A stretch of 64,000 nt of DNA from the IMG/VR virus record IMGVR_UViG_3300012953_000012, positions 96,001-160,000 of that record, one strand, 5' to 3'. The translations under genes were made by a program, and so were the position numbers. Below, piece by piece: positions 9,578 to 18,130 of the stretch. The DNA is from a virus (Duplodnaviria; Caudoviricetes). The notes under the pieces are model-generated. The model was given only the letters and a program-made list of their open reading frames with translations. It did not search any database and was not told the DNA's origin. Position 1 is the first letter of the stretch, and the number at the start of each line of letters is the position of its first letter.

Positions 9578-10594
9578 ATGGCAACCAAGAAGCAAACTCC
9601 TCTCGGAGTCGGTCTGGACATCGGCACCATGAACATTGTCTCGGCACGGCGCAAGGACGACGGACAGGTTGAGACCAGCCGGATGCGAGATGCGTTCCTG
9701 GATCTGGACGCAGGTGCCAAGCGGATGCTCAAGTTGTCCGGGGTCAACTTCATCGACCACGGGGACGACGGGATCATCGTCGTCGGTGACGCGGCCATGG
9801 AGATGGCCAACGTCTTTGGGCGCGAAGCCCGCCGCCCCTTGTCGCAGGGCCTGATCTCGGCAGGCGAGATGGACGCGCTCGATGTCCTCGGGGTCATGAT
9901 CAAGAACGTCCTGGGCGAGCCAGCGACGAAGGACGAGGCGTGCTACTTCTCGGTTCCTGCCTCCCCGGTCGATGCTGACCGTGACGTCGTCTACCACAAG
10001 GGCGTGTTTGAACGCATCGTGAGCGAGTGTGGGTTCGACGCCTACGCGGGCAACGAGGCGATGGCCATCGTCTACGCTGAAACTGCGGCGGACGGCTTCT
10101 CCGGTCTGGGCATCTCGTTCGGGTCCGGCATGTGCAACCTCGCCCTGGCTGTGTCGGGTGTAGAGGGACTGTGTTTCTCCGTGGCGCGTGGTGGTGACTG
10201 GATCGACGCTGGAGCCGCGAAGGCAACCGGCAGCACCCAGAGCCGCATCTGTGCCCTCAAGGAGAGAGGCATCGACCTCATGGACCCCAAAAGCCGTGAC
10301 GAGGAAGCCCTCGCCCTCTACTACAAGAGCCTGATCGAGTACTGTGTGGACCAGACGGCCCGCGAGTTCATGAAGATCAAGGACCGGTTCGCGCTCCCGA
10401 AGGCCATCCCCATCGTAGTCAGCGGGGGGACCTCACTGGCTGGCAACTTCCTGCCCTTCTTTGAGCAGGTCTTTGAGAAGAAGCGGAAGAGATTCCCCAT
10501 CGAGGTCAGCGAGATCAGACACGCCTCGGACCCCCTGAACGCTGTTGCACGAGGTCTGCTGATTCAGGCTATGCAGGAGCACGAGGAAGACTGA
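9578..10594 (+). CDS. actin-fold (ASKHA) ATPase, MreB/ParM/FtsA-like
   Basis: Phosphate-1 GLDIGTMN, connect-1 NEAMA, phosphate-2 GISFGSG, GGDWID, adenosine SGGTS, connect-2 DPLNAVARG. AGGAG RBS before 9578. Confidence 0.9.
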   Translation: MATKKQTPLGVGLDIGTMNIVSARRKDDGQVETSRMRDAFLDLDAGAKRMLKLSGVNFIDHGDDGIIVVGDAAMEMANVFGREARRPLSQGLISAGEMDALDVLGVMIKNVLGEPATKDEACYFSVPASPVDADRDVVYHKGVFERIVSECGFDAYAGNEAMAIVYAETAADGFSGLGISFGSGMCNLALAVSGVEGLCFSVARGGDWIDAGAAKATGSTQSRICALKERGIDLMDPKSRDEEALALYYKSLIEYCVDQTAREFMKIKDRFALPKAIPIVVSGGTSLAGNFLPFFEQVFEKKRKRFPIEVSEIRHASDPLNAVARGLLIQAMQEHEED

Positions 10595-10956
10595 TGAACA
10601 AGCGCATCGCCAAGAAGATCGTCAAGGGCCACGAGCGGGGCTCCTCTCGCAAGAAGACCTGCACTCCCTGGGCCACCCTGGTCAAGGCGTTCCGACGCCT
10701 CGGCAAGAAGCCCCCCGAGCCCATCGCCAAGGTCAAGGAGGCCGTGGAGGAGGTCAAGCAGGAGGTCGTCGAGGCTGTCGAAGCCGTCGAGGACGCTGTG
10801 GAAGAGATCACCGAGGCGGTGGACCTGACGAAGATGAAGGTCGCCGAGTTGAAGGCGCTCGCAAAGGAGCGCGGGATCAAGGGCATCTCCAAGATGAAGA
10901 AGTCCGACCTGATCGAAGCCCACGACAGGTACGTCTACCTGCGGCGCTTGTCGTAG
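10594..10956 (+). CDS. Rho-N/HeH-like domain protein
   Basis: DLTKMKVAELKALAKERGIKGISKMKKSDLIE is a Rho termination factor N-terminal-like motif. Confidence 0.8.
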   Translation: MNKRIAKKIVKGHERGSSRKKTCTPWATLVKAFRRLGKKPPEPIAKVKEAVEEVKQEVVEAVEAVEDAVEEITEAVDLTKMKVAELKALAKERGIKGISKMKKSDLIEAHDRYVYLRRLS

Positions 10957-10995
10957 AAAAGACGAAGCCCCCGCCGAAGGGGTGGCGAGGGCTTC
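10957..10995 (-). terminator. terminator between convergent genes
   Basis: Minus strand GAAGCCCTCGCC..GGCGGGGGCTTC stem with one G-U pair, followed by GTCTTTTCT. Confidence 0.65.
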
Positions 10996-11031
10996 TGACT
11001 CCGCAGAGAGCAGAGTCGGGGAGACAGGTGC

Positions 11032-11238
11032 TTAGAAACGCACGGTGATCTTCGGCATGTTGCCAGTGGTGGCCGAGGTCGGCGCACAGCAAGCGTTGGG
11101 CCGGACAGTGTTGCCGGTGTTGGCCATCGTAACGCCGTTGATGGGCGTAGCGGTAGCACTGGACCCACTTCCCTTGACCCGCAGACGGTAGAAGGGTGGG
11201 ACGGGCTGGTACTCAGAAGTGGTGGAACGAGTGGGCAT
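11032..11238 (-). CDS. small Thr/Ser-rich hypothetical protein (68 aa)
   Basis: GGAG-TCCCC-ATG start, as in other genes here, and its own TAG-N5-CTAT motif upstream. Confidence 0.65.
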   Translation of the reverse strand: MPTRSTTSEYQPVPPFYRLRVKGSGSSATATPINGVTMANTGNTVRPNACCAPTSATTGNMPKITVRF

Positions 11239-11281
11239 GGGGACTCCAGGTTGAGATTGAGGGTTCACCTATCCCCCTGAC

Positions 11282-11295
11282 ATAGACTCCCTACC
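11282..11295 (-). promoter_or_regulatory. TAG-N5-CTAT upstream motif (minus strand)
   Basis: Minus strand GGTAG GGAGT CTAT. Confidence 0.55.
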
Positions 11296-11300
11296 GCAGA

Positions 11301-11939
11301 CTATTCCTCGCCGGGTCGGTAGTCGTCCCACAGCCAAGGGGCCTCGTCCTCCGACTCGTCGTGCATCTTCTTGATCTTCAAGTACCTTCGCAGGCCGTCC
11401 CGCTGCTCTACCGTCATCCGGCACAGGAGGTCGTAGAGGCTCTTCGCGTCCTCGGCGTCCTTCATCGCGGTGTGTGCCCCCTCCTTCGACCACCCCAGAA
11501 ACTCACGGATGCGGTCCATGCCCAGGCGTTCAAGGCCCAGCGGGACCAGGTGCTCCCAGGCCAGGGTCACGGTGTCCACCTTGTGGTAGGGGATGCGGCG
11601 TCTGACTCCAGCCCGCTTGAAGTTGGCTGAGATCATCGCCTCGTCGAACCCGACGTTGTGCCCGCAGATCACAGAGTTCCTTGTGATGTCCGCGATGCGG
11701 TCACCGACCTCGGCCATCGTGGGGGCGTCGTCCCAGCGGGAAGGGTTCGCCGCGTAGCCGTTGACCTCCAGGGCCTTCGGATGGGCGTCCTCAATGCGTT
11801 GAGGCTTGATCAACGTGTGGAATCGGGTCTCACTCCCGTCCGGCTCACAGCGGATCACAGCCACCTCAATGACCTCGGCCACCTGGGGGTCGAGCCCGGT
11901 GGTTTCGGTGTCCAGGAAACAGATTGTCTTGCCTTGCAT
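11301..11939 (-). CDS. DEDDh 3'-5' exonuclease (DnaQ-like)
   Basis: FLDTETTG (ExoI), GHNVGFD (ExoII), HTAMKDA (ExoIII). Confidence 0.93.
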   Translation of the reverse strand: MQGKTICFLDTETTGLDPQVAEVIEVAVIRCEPDGSETRFHTLIKPQRIEDAHPKALEVNGYAANPSRWDDAPTMAEVGDRIADITRNSVICGHNVGFDEAMISANFKRAGVRRRIPYHKVDTVTLAWEHLVPLGLERLGMDRIREFLGWSKEGAHTAMKDAEDAKSLYDLLCRMTVEQRDGLRRYLKIKKMHDESEDEAPWLWDDYRPGEE

Positions 11940-12067
11940 AATGGTGCTCCACTTTCACGGGCTGTACCCAAAATGTACCCTTGCGGTCCCCCCTCCTTCG
12001 CCACTTTGTCTGAGGAATCCAGGACTTTGGATCCTGGGGGGCAGACTTACTCTCCGGTCGGGTAAGG

Positions 12068-12637
12068 ATGGGGGGAGGTAGTGCTTTGACTCGCAAACTC
12101 AAACCTGTTGACATCCCGGTCCCGGAACCTTTCCGGTCAGCCATGCTATCCGTCGCGGTGACCAACGAGGACGGCGGTTTCACGACTGTCGGCACCCTCG
12201 TGCAGGAAGCCCAGGAGGCTATCCGTCGTGCCAACGAAGCACTGGCGGAAAACAGCCTGGTGGAGTTGGCTGCGAAGGACATGATGAAGGGTCACCGTCG
12301 TCGTGGCAACGCCTCTATCGAGGTGGGTGCAGACGGCTCGGTGCGGCTACGGATCTCCTACTCGACCAGGCGGGACGGCCCCAACGTCACGACCGCTCCA
12401 GGAGGGGCAGGGCTTCCGTCACTGGACGCCTTGCGGAAGGAGGCCCAGGATCTGGGGCTCGACGTCAGCCACCTGGGACGCAGGAAGTTGGAGATCATGG
12501 ACCTGATCACCAACGCCCGAGACATCATGCAGAACCACCATGGAGGGACGGAGCCCGTTGATCCCTTGCCGCGACGTCTACGGGACGAGGTGTCTACCAC
12601 CACCCCCCTCCACACAAAGAAACTCCCGCCTCGGTAG
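12068..12637 (+). CDS. hypothetical protein with C-terminal HeH/LEM-like motif
   Basis: SLDALRKEAQDLGLDVSHLGRRKLEIMDLI. Start uncertain. Confidence 0.65.
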   Translation: MGGGSALTRKLKPVDIPVPEPFRSAMLSVAVTNEDGGFTTVGTLVQEAQEAIRRANEALAENSLVELAAKDMMKGHRRRGNASIEVGADGSVRLRISYSTRRDGPNVTTAPGGAGLPSLDALRKEAQDLGLDVSHLGRRKLEIMDLITNARDIMQNHHGGTEPVDPLPRRLRDEVSTTTPLHTKKLPPR

Positions 12638-12646
12638 TGCCTCTAT
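12633..12646 (+). promoter_or_regulatory. TAG-N5-CTAT upstream motif
   Basis: GGTAG TGCCT CTAT. The TAG is also the upstream stop codon. Confidence 0.55.
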
Positions 12647-12670
12647 GGGCTCCTATCAACAGGAGGCCCT

Positions 12671-13039
12671 ATGGCAGAGAAACCACAACCCTTCGGATTC
12701 TGGACCCTCGGGCGCTCTCAGAATGGGTTGCAGGGAGGTCCTACAACCATCGAGGAACTTCCCGATGGTAGGCTCGTCAGGGTCAAGTATCCAGGAAACC
12801 CTGCCTTGCTGGAGGACGAGTTCATCTTGTTCACCGTGCGGAACAACCCCGTCGCCCGGAAGCAGTACTTTGATCTGATCCCTACAATGGATCCGGTGAG
12901 CCAAAAGCGCCTGAATGATCTGGCTGCGAAACGGCCCGACTTCTTCCGGTGGCCGAAGGTCGATGATCTCACCCTCAACGACAACATCCAACGCAAAGAG
13001 GTACGGGCCGGGATCCACCTGGAAGTCCCCAAGCCTTGA
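12671..13039 (+). CDS. hypothetical protein
   Basis: AGGAGG RBS and plausible composition. Confidence 0.75.
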   Translation: MAEKPQPFGFWTLGRSQNGLQGGPTTIEELPDGRLVRVKYPGNPALLEDEFILFTVRNNPVARKQYFDLIPTMDPVSQKRLNDLAAKRPDFFRWPKVDDLTLNDNIQRKEVRAGIHLEVPKP

Positions 13040-13063
13040 CCCCACCCTGAAAGAGAGGACAGC

Positions 13064-13312
13064 ATGATTATCGATCTGAAAAGGCTTCAGAAGAAGCAAG
13101 CCAACCGGCACTCCGGGCGGAAAGCCGCCGTGGCACCCGTCGCAGAGGCACCCGTCGTCGCACCTGAACCGGAAGCAGAACCGGAAGCAGAGGAGTTGAC
13201 CATGGCCAACACGAAGGCTGAGTTGACTGCCGGGGCCGAAGCCGCTGGCATCACTGTTGACCCTGGTTGGACCAAGGCGCAGATCCTGGCTGCGATGTAC
13301 CCTGGCGAGTGA
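13064..13312 (+). CDS. small protein with HeH/LEM-like motif
   Basis: TKAELTAGAEAAGITVDPGWTKAQILAAM after an acidic linker. Confidence 0.75.
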   Translation: MIIDLKRLQKKQANRHSGRKAAVAPVAEAPVVAPEPEAEPEAEELTMANTKAELTAGAEAAGITVDPGWTKAQILAAMYPGE

Positions 13313-13749
13313 TCCCGCCTGTGGAGGATCTGATGCCCACCATGAGAGTGGATCTCTACTCCATGGTGAACGGCTATGGATTCTGCGACCCGGTTGAGGA
13401 AGGCTCTGAGAGGGTCTACTTCCGGGTAGAGGATTTCGTGCGGCTGGAGGCAGGGGAACCCCTGCCTATCGCAGGTGAACTGGTCGAGGTGGGCGACGTG
13501 GCTACAGGGGGCCGAAGCCCACGAGCCACATCGGTCCACAGACTCGTGGCACCACAACGTGTTCAGGGATCTGTGAAGTCGTTTGACCCGGTGAAGGGTT
13601 GGGGTTTCATCGAGCGCGGCGCGGACCTGTACTTCCTCCACAGGAGTGATCTCGTGGACCCCTTCACTCCTGTGATCGGCACCACGGTCGAGTTTTACGT
13701 TGGAAGGAAGAAAGGCCGACCCCGAGCCTGCTACGTCTCACGGGTATGA
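13309..13749 (+). CDS. tandem cold-shock-domain protein
   Basis: Two CSD repeats (GYGF..VYF; GSVKSFDPVKGWGFI..YFLHRSDL). GTGA overlap with the upstream gene. Confidence 0.85.
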   Translation: MIPPVEDLMPTMRVDLYSMVNGYGFCDPVEEGSERVYFRVEDFVRLEAGEPLPIAGELVEVGDVATGGRSPRATSVHRLVAPQRVQGSVKSFDPVKGWGFIERGADLYFLHRSDLVDPFTPVIGTTVEFYVGRKKGRPRACYVSRV

Positions 13750-13768
13750 TCCGACCAAAGGAGTGGAC

Positions 13769-14356
13769 ATGGCCCACGACAAGAACCGATTCGGAGGCAT
13801 CGCGGGGAGCAACTACACCCCGATGTCGGAGACTGAACAAGAGGTCCTTCAACGGCTCGTGGCTACTCGGGACATGGACGTCTACATCAAGGGATGGGGC
13901 TACATCAAAGGCGTCGAGGGCGCGATTGCAGGGGACCTGCGGCTGGCTCTCCCTCTGGTCCTGGACTTCGACCGTCCGGCAGTGCCGATGCCGGTCTACT
14001 ACTTCGACCTGGAACTCCGCACGTCGTCGGGGATCCTGCTGTTCGCCGAGCGCCAGAGCACGGTGTACGACAGTCAGCCACTCCTGGTCAGCGCAGGCAC
14101 ACACCTCTCGATGATCTGGGAGATTGCCATCCGGCACATGGACCCCAAGATCGTGAAGGCGTACAAGCCGGGGGCCACGGGACTCACCTCGCGGTGGCAA
14201 GACCGAGACACGGGCCAGATGACCATGTTCGGCAACACCCGCATGAGGGGCGACGACAGGAAGGCTCTTGTCAACCTCAGGAAAGGCGAGGCGTTCGCAA
14301 AGGCCGACACCGTCCGCATCGCTCAGAAGGCCACGAAGACCTCCCAAAAGAAGTAG
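13769..14356 (+). CDS. hypothetical protein
   Basis: AAGGAG RBS before ATG 13769. Confidence 0.75.
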   Translation: MAHDKNRFGGIAGSNYTPMSETEQEVLQRLVATRDMDVYIKGWGYIKGVEGAIAGDLRLALPLVLDFDRPAVPMPVYYFDLELRTSSGILLFAERQSTVYDSQPLLVSAGTHLSMIWEIAIRHMDPKIVKAYKPGATGLTSRWQDRDTGQMTMFGNTRMRGDDRKALVNLRKGEAFAKADTVRIAQKATKTSQKK

Positions 14357-14423
14357 ACCCCCCACACTTACAGCGCGGAGGGTCAGACTTTCAACCCTGT
14401 AGGCACAGGGTTTCACGTCAGCG

Positions 14424-14448
14424 GGGCTATCAGCCCCGTGCGGCGAGA
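14424..14448. repeat. 25-bp inverted repeat, left arm
   Basis: GGGCTATCAGCCCCGTGCGGCGAGA is the exact reverse complement of 14786-14810. Confidence 0.9.
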
Positions 14449-14609
14449 ACGTCCTTGCGGAGTTCGGCCAGATCCTTGCCCGCCTGGCTCGCAGCCTTGC
14501 GGAGTCGGGTGCCGGGGGCTCCAGCCTTCCCGCCGTCGCATTTTTCGGCGTCGGCACGGGCGGCCTGAAGGTCAGCGATGATGCGGTCGATCTTGTCTGT
14601 CATGCTCAT
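14430..14609 (-). CDS. histone H1-like protein (Hc1 family)
   Basis: ADAEKCDGG..APGTRLRKA..ELRKDV matches the Hc1/bacterial H1-like pattern. AAGGA RBS. The frame is also open up to 14852. Confidence 0.8.
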   Translation of the reverse strand: MSMTDKIDRIIADLQAARADAEKCDGGKAGAPGTRLRKAASQAGKDLAELRKDVLAARG

Positions 14610-14785
14610 GGTGTTTTTCCTTGTAACGGGGGTTGTGTAAAGCGGGGGGTCAACACGAATGACCTCCCATTGGTACTCTTTGGTGGCTTCATCGAGGGCG
14701 ACCATCCCGGCCTCCCACTCACGACCGGCCCTGAGCGCGGTCTCCAATCCAACATACTCGTCGGGCAACTCCCCCGATTTGTGCT

Positions 14786-14810
14786 CTCGCCGCACGGGGC
14801 TGATAGCCCG
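14786..14810. repeat. 25-bp inverted repeat, right arm
   Basis: TCTCGCCGCACGGGGCTGATAGCCC. Confidence 0.9.
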
Positions 14811-14848
14811 CGTGGTGGACCACGCGACTTTGTAGTGGTCGGCTCGGA

Positions 14849-15220
14849 TCATGGCTCCTTGTCCTCTCCACGTTTGCCGAGGCGAGTCACTTGCTCGTCG
14901 TCGGGGTGGGGGTCAAGCAGATGATTGAGCCGGTATTGGTGGCAGATGTCGTTGGCGATGCTCCGCAGGTGGCGGACGATCAACTCGACCTCGTGGCTGT
15001 ACTCGGGCTGGCGCAGGGTCAACTCGGAGGCGGGGGTGCCCTTCCGCAACTCCTCCATGTCCACCGTGACGGCGTTCCAGCCGTAGACCTCTTCGCCCCA
15101 CACCACTTCAAAGTAGGCGACCGGCGTAGTGTCCAGGTCAGGCACACCAGGCTTGCCTTCCAAGGCCAGCCGGATGCGGTGCTTGTCGAGGTCAATGACC
15201 TTGTCGTTGTCGTCAGCCAT
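14849..15220 (-). CDS. hypothetical protein
   Basis: Phage-typical N-terminus DKVIDLDKHR. Coupled to the downstream frame. Confidence 0.75.
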   Translation of the reverse strand: MADDNDKVIDLDKHRIRLALEGKPGVPDLDTTPVAYFEVVWGEEVYGWNAVTVDMEELRKGTPASELTLRQPEYSHEVELIVRHLRSIANDICHQYRLNHLLDPHPDDEQVTRLGKRGEDKEP

Positions 15221-15228
15221 GCGTCACC

Positions 15229-15504
15229 CTACCCTCGCCAGCCGGTTTTGACGCCGAGGAGGGACTTGACCTCACGGAACCTGTCGCCGTCCTGGATGTA
15301 GCGGTCGATCTGCTCCAGCAGCCCAACCGTGCGTCCGAAAGTCAGCGGCTCGCTGGTCTTCTCCAGGAGCCCAGGGCGTTCCCACATGCCCACATCCGGG
15401 GCATCGACAGGGGCATCGCAGGCCCACACGCAGTAGGCATGACGCTCACCTTTGTCGTCGGTGACCTCAAAGCCGATGCAGTCGCAGGAGTACTTTCGGA
15501 GCAC
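15229..15504 (-). CDS. hypothetical protein
   Basis: GGAGG RBS. Contains CDC and CVWAC. Confidence 0.7.
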   Translation of the reverse strand: MLRKYSCDCIGFEVTDDKGERHAYCVWACDAPVDAPDVGMWERPGLLEKTSEPLTFGRTVGLLEQIDRYIQDGDRFREVKSLLGVKTGWRG

Positions 15505-15576
15505 ATGCCCTCCAGGTGGTGATGGGCTCTCTTACCGAGATGGGGCCGGGTGTGTGCCCCCACAGCCGAGAAAACC

Positions 15577-15590
15577 AATAGGCCGCCTAT
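15577..15590 (+). promoter_or_regulatory. TAG-N5-CTAT upstream motif
   Basis: AATAG GCCGC CTAT upstream of the thermonuclease gene. Confidence 0.55.
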
Positions 15591-15616
15591 CCCCCACCTC
15601 CTTCAAGGAGGCCGTT

Positions 15617-16006
15617 GTGTCCGCTGCCAAGATCCCGAGTCCGTATGTCTACCGTGCCGAGGTGATCTCGGTCTACGATGGCGACACCATCACCGTCATG
15701 CTTGATCTCGGCATGGGCATCGTCCGTAAGGCGAAGTGCAGGCTGCTGGGGATCGACACTCCAGAAATCCGCACGAAGTCCGCAGCCGAGAAGGAGGCTG
15801 GCTACACGGCACGGGACCGCGTTCGGAAGTTGATCCTGGGCAAGACCGTGGTGCTGCACTCGGTAGCGAAGCCCGACAAGTACGGACGCTTGCTGGTCAA
15901 GGTGTGGGCCGAGGACGGCTCCTGTGTCAACCAAGTGCTGCTCGACGAGGGCCTGGCCCGCGAGTACGACGGCGGAACTAAGGTGTCCTGGGCCTCATGG
16001 ACCTGA
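15617..16006 (+). CDS. thermonuclease (SNase) family nuclease
   Basis: VYDGDTI, RLLGIDTPE, DKYGRLL, NQVLLDEGLA. AAGGAGG RBS before GTG 15617. Confidence 0.92.
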   Translation: MSAAKIPSPYVYRAEVISVYDGDTITVMLDLGMGIVRKAKCRLLGIDTPEIRTKSAAEKEAGYTARDRVRKLILGKTVVLHSVAKPDKYGRLLVKVWAEDGSCVNQVLLDEGLAREYDGGTKVSWASWT

Positions 16007-16014
16007 GCCGGTTC

Positions 16015-16028
16015 GATAGTCCGGCTAT
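16015..16028 (+). promoter_or_regulatory. TAG-N5-CTAT upstream motif
   Basis: GATAG TCCGG CTAT upstream of the tube gene, embedded in an AGCCGG/CCGGCT hairpin (16006-16026). Confidence 0.6.
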
Positions 16029-16059
16029 ACTCCACCACCAGTACATCCCGGAGTGACTC

Positions 16060-16818
16060 ATGGCGAACACAGACCTCAACCCACAGGGCGGCATCCAAGG
16101 ATCGTCGCAGATCTACAACTTCGGGACGACCCCCAATACACGGTCGGTCGTCACGCAGAAGGTCCGGGTCCTTGCGCCTGCTTATGGCGGAAGTGGTCTG
16201 TTCCAGATCGGTGTGCTGTCCAACTTCGGACCCACCGAGTCTCGTACCATCGAGCCTGTGCGCGGCATCGGATTCGGTGACATCATCGCGGAACTCGTGC
16301 CGGGCAACACGGAGCCAATGACGGCTTCCGTCGAGCGCACAATGCTCTACCTCTCCAACCTGTGGCAGAGCACTGGCTACGCTTCCGGCGTGTCCGGCCC
16401 CGTCCGGTCCCTTCGTCACCACCGTTGGCCGTTCGATGTCGAGCAGCAGATCGTCTTCTCGACCATCGCTGACCGTGAGTTGACCTCCTCGGGTGATGGC
16501 ACGGGTGTTGAGACTGGCTTCGGCTCCTACGGAACGCTGAAGTACGACGGCGCTCTCGGTGGCGGTGGACCTGACGGCAACGGGAGCCAGCCAGGATCAC
16601 ACCAGATCCTGATCACCTACTACGAAGGTTGCTGGTGGGGCGACTGGAACACCTCGTTCCAGAAGGACACCGCGATGGTCATGGAGTCCGGGACCATGAC
16701 GATCACCGACGTTCACGACTTCTCCAGCGTCCAGTACGGTGAGTTCCTGGCGACAGGCAACGATCCGTCCATCGGCCAGACTGGAAGCCTGATCTACGGG
16801 TCCACCTTCGACGGGTGA
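16060..16818 (+). CDS. tail tube protein (T4 gp19-like fold)
   Basis: IGVLSNFGPTESR..VRGIGFGD..ELVPG and YEGCWW..DTAMVMESGTM. Lies before chaperones and tape measure. Confidence 0.8.
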   Translation: MANTDLNPQGGIQGSSQIYNFGTTPNTRSVVTQKVRVLAPAYGGSGLFQIGVLSNFGPTESRTIEPVRGIGFGDIIAELVPGNTEPMTASVERTMLYLSNLWQSTGYASGVSGPVRSLRHHRWPFDVEQQIVFSTIADRELTSSGDGTGVETGFGSYGTLKYDGALGGGGPDGNGSQPGSHQILITYYEGCWWGDWNTSFQKDTAMVMESGTMTITDVHDFSSVQYGEFLATGNDPSIGQTGSLIYGSTFDG

Positions 16819-16837
16819 TCCCACGAAAACGACTGAA

Positions 16838-16873
16838 AGAAGGCCGAGGAGGTTGATGCCCCCTCGGCCTTCT
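16838..16873 (+). terminator. hairpin after tube gene (terminator or mRNA stabiliser)
   Basis: 12-bp stem AGAAGGCCGAGG/CCTCGGCCTTCT with only a weak T-tail. Confidence 0.55.
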
Positions 16874-16942
16874 ACGTTATCGCCCATGTGGGATGCGTGA
16901 CGTAGCCCCAGCGCGGGTACAGTCTCCCCTCGGAGGAGACCC

Positions 16943-18121
16943 ATGCTTGACCTCAATACACTCAAAACCGCGCTCAAGCCGCTCTCGGAGATGGGGCGTG
17001 ACGAGTTCACCTTTGACGTGGATGGTATGGGCATCACGTTGCGCCCGCTCCTTCCGTTGGAGGAGGTGGCAGTGCAGCGGTACTCCGCGTCTATCCTTGA
17101 CGACATCCAGGAACGGGAAGGGTTGGACACCAACGACAACATGAGCCGCGCTGCGGCCATGGACTACTTCGACCGTTTCCGCATCGAGATCATCGCCAAC
17201 GCCATTGTCCAGGTGGGCGACCTGGACCTCCGCGACGAGAGGTACATCGCGACGGGTGAGACCCTGGAGAACGGCACGCCGGTCCAGGTGCCACGCCACA
17301 TCGCCATGCGAGGGATCGTCCAGGAGTGGTCCCGCGCCATGCTTACCGTGTGCTTCGCTCGTTACGGTGATCTCGTCCAGAAGATTGCCGACGAGGCGGA
17401 CAAGATTGCCCGGACCACGCTCCCTGACCTCGACGCAGAAATCGAACGGGTCGAGGCTCGCCTGAAGACCTTGAAGCAGGACCGTGAGACCCGTGCGAAG
17501 GGTGACCCCAGCGTCACGGCCTCCCAGATCACCAACCTGGTCAACGCCGGGAAGGCTTTGGAAGCCGAAGCAGATTCCGCACTCAGCCGGGTGGAGGACG
17601 AACTGGAACTCCAGGAGGCGGTGAAGGAACGAAAGGCCGCCCAGCGACCTCGGCAACGAAAGGCCGCACCGGCACCTACGCAGGCCGCGAAGCCTGCCCC
17701 AGCACCCACACCGCCCGCACCCGCGCCACCACAAGAACGCAAGTCGGTGATCCCTTCCGCATCGCCACCCCCCTCGTCGTTTCCGTCGTCCGGCGGGACA
17801 CATGTTCCGGGCGAGGTGATGTCCTCCTTCGGTGACGGGGATGACCCCGAAGTGCTCGCCGCAGAAGAGTTGAGGATCCTGGAGGCGCGTCGTCAGGCAG
17901 CCCTGGCCCGCCACACGGCGCACGAACAGGAGGCGCGTGATCCCTTCCGAGAGGCTGTTGAGGTCGCGTCCCCTGAGAAAGGTGTCGAAGCCTACCGACT
18001 GCCCAAAGAGGAGTTGACCCCCCGTGGCCGCGCCAGCGCACCCTCCCCGAAGAAAGGGCGAAAGGGCAAGGGCAAGGGGCCACAAAGCACGGAGAATCCA
18101 AACTTCAAGCCACCACGATGA
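16943..18121 (+). CDS. putative tail assembly chaperone with Pro-rich C-terminus
   Basis: Located between tube and tape measure. ITLRPL..EE motif. Confidence 0.55.
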   Translation: MLDLNTLKTALKPLSEMGRDEFTFDVDGMGITLRPLLPLEEVAVQRYSASILDDIQEREGLDTNDNMSRAAAMDYFDRFRIEIIANAIVQVGDLDLRDERYIATGETLENGTPVQVPRHIAMRGIVQEWSRAMLTVCFARYGDLVQKIADEADKIARTTLPDLDAEIERVEARLKTLKQDRETRAKGDPSVTASQITNLVNAGKALEAEADSALSRVEDELELQEAVKERKAAQRPRQRKAAPAPTQAAKPAPAPTPPAPAPPQERKSVIPSASPPPSSFPSSGGTHVPGEVMSSFGDGDDPEVLAAEELRILEARRQAALARHTAHEQEARDPFREAVEVASPEKGVEAYRLPKEELTPRGRASAPSPKKGRKGKGKGPQSTENPNFKPPR

Positions 18122-18130
18122 TGGTGCCAG

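Noticed and set aside
12020-12038. CCAGGA-N7-TCCTGG inverted repeat in the divergent intergenic region
   Set aside because: Six-bp arms are expected by chance in GC-rich DNA, and I found no second copy.
16006-16026. GGTTCGAT resembling a tRNA T-loop
   Set aside because: No cloverleaf or acceptor stem. It is a short hairpin overlapping the tube-gene upstream motif.
4340-18080. Short tandem repeats (4340 KTRKTR, 13166 EPEAEPEA, 18060 KGKGKG)
   Set aside because: In-frame low-complexity coding repeats of two to three units, not contingency loci.
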